This document shows, in pieces, positions 63,601 through 64,000 of a stretch of DNA of 64,000 bases. Within the stretch, counting starts at the first letter, position 1; each line of letters opens with the position of its first letter. Source of the stretch: Psammoneis japonica (Eukaryota); assembly GCA_008632985.1 (NCBI GenBank), contig QPGO01000107.1, positions 186,001-250,000 on the forward strand, read 5' to 3'. Below the pieces are notes generated by a model that saw nothing but the letters and a program-made list of their open reading frames with translations, did not search any database and was not told the DNA's origin. Both the position numbers and the translations under genes were made by a program.

Positions 63601-64000
63601 AATCCCCTTGGAAGCTAAAACGACCCAATCCTTGAGGACTTTAGCAAAAGGAATTAATCCCTCCACGTCCGTCATGACACAAGCCTTGGGATTGGATTTC
63701 ACCAAATCCAAGACGAACTCGTCTAGTTCCATGGGAGGAATTGTGCCGTTGGAAGTACGACTCTTTTTGATATTGTAGGAAATGAGCAATTCGTTGCTTC
63801 CCAAAATATGAAGAGGCAAACGCCCATCGTCATCGACGGCACGAACGTCTGGCGTACCTTGAGCACACAACAAAATGGCTCGTAGCATTTCCGTCGATGC
63901 ATTGACCTTGGCACAAATCGCGTGCAAGTCGGTAGGGTATCCCAGGGGCAAATCGTTCGTGGTGGTCGTTGCGTTGTTGTTGTTGGAGGATGATGATGAC
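60637..64000 (-). CDS. TRP-like ion channel / ankyrin-like membrane protein (5' end outside window; intron 61931-61843; two apparent 1-nt frameshifts)
   Basis: DDDGRLPLHIL repeat-like motif, several TM helices, and a pore-like segment followed by VLFVIFTVFVGMILFYVLIAVV. The frames connect only with shifts near 62280 and 62148. Confidence 0.7.

Overview
Eukaryotic genomic DNA, almost certainly a diatom (inferred from the plastid-targeted TPI with an ASAF cleavage motif, short GT-AG introns and diatom-type Copia elements). Two gene-dense flanks enclose a ~35 kb block of nested transposon relics. The left flank (1-8.2 kb) has a PPR-like 3' end, PRP31, a GST, plastid TPI and membrane proteins. 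The right flank (43.6-64 kb) has a giant multi-AP2/Tudor/SET protein, GNL3/Nug1, ZNHIT2, a secreted fibrinogen-domain protein and a TRP-like channel. The relic block holds three Copia elements (one nested in another), a Gypsy carrying a Sola-like DNA transposon, a CR-type NTPase pseudogene and a possible MULE. The main observation is that this block, and a separate 1.5 kb island at ~57.2-58.7 kb, are almost free of TpA. The two 367-bp LTRs of one Gypsy insertion differ at 23 sites by hand alignment, all transitions. 22 are A:T->G:C in the 3' LTR, 20 of those at TpA and 19 in TAY context, on both strands. Conserved Tyr residues of RT, RNase H, transposase and NTPase motifs read as His or Cys, which fixes the direction as TA->TG/CA. 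This points to a post-integration, repeat-localised A:T->G:C hypermutation, opposite in direction to fungal RIP, acting alongside ordinary CpG decay. All counts are by eye and need computational confirmation.
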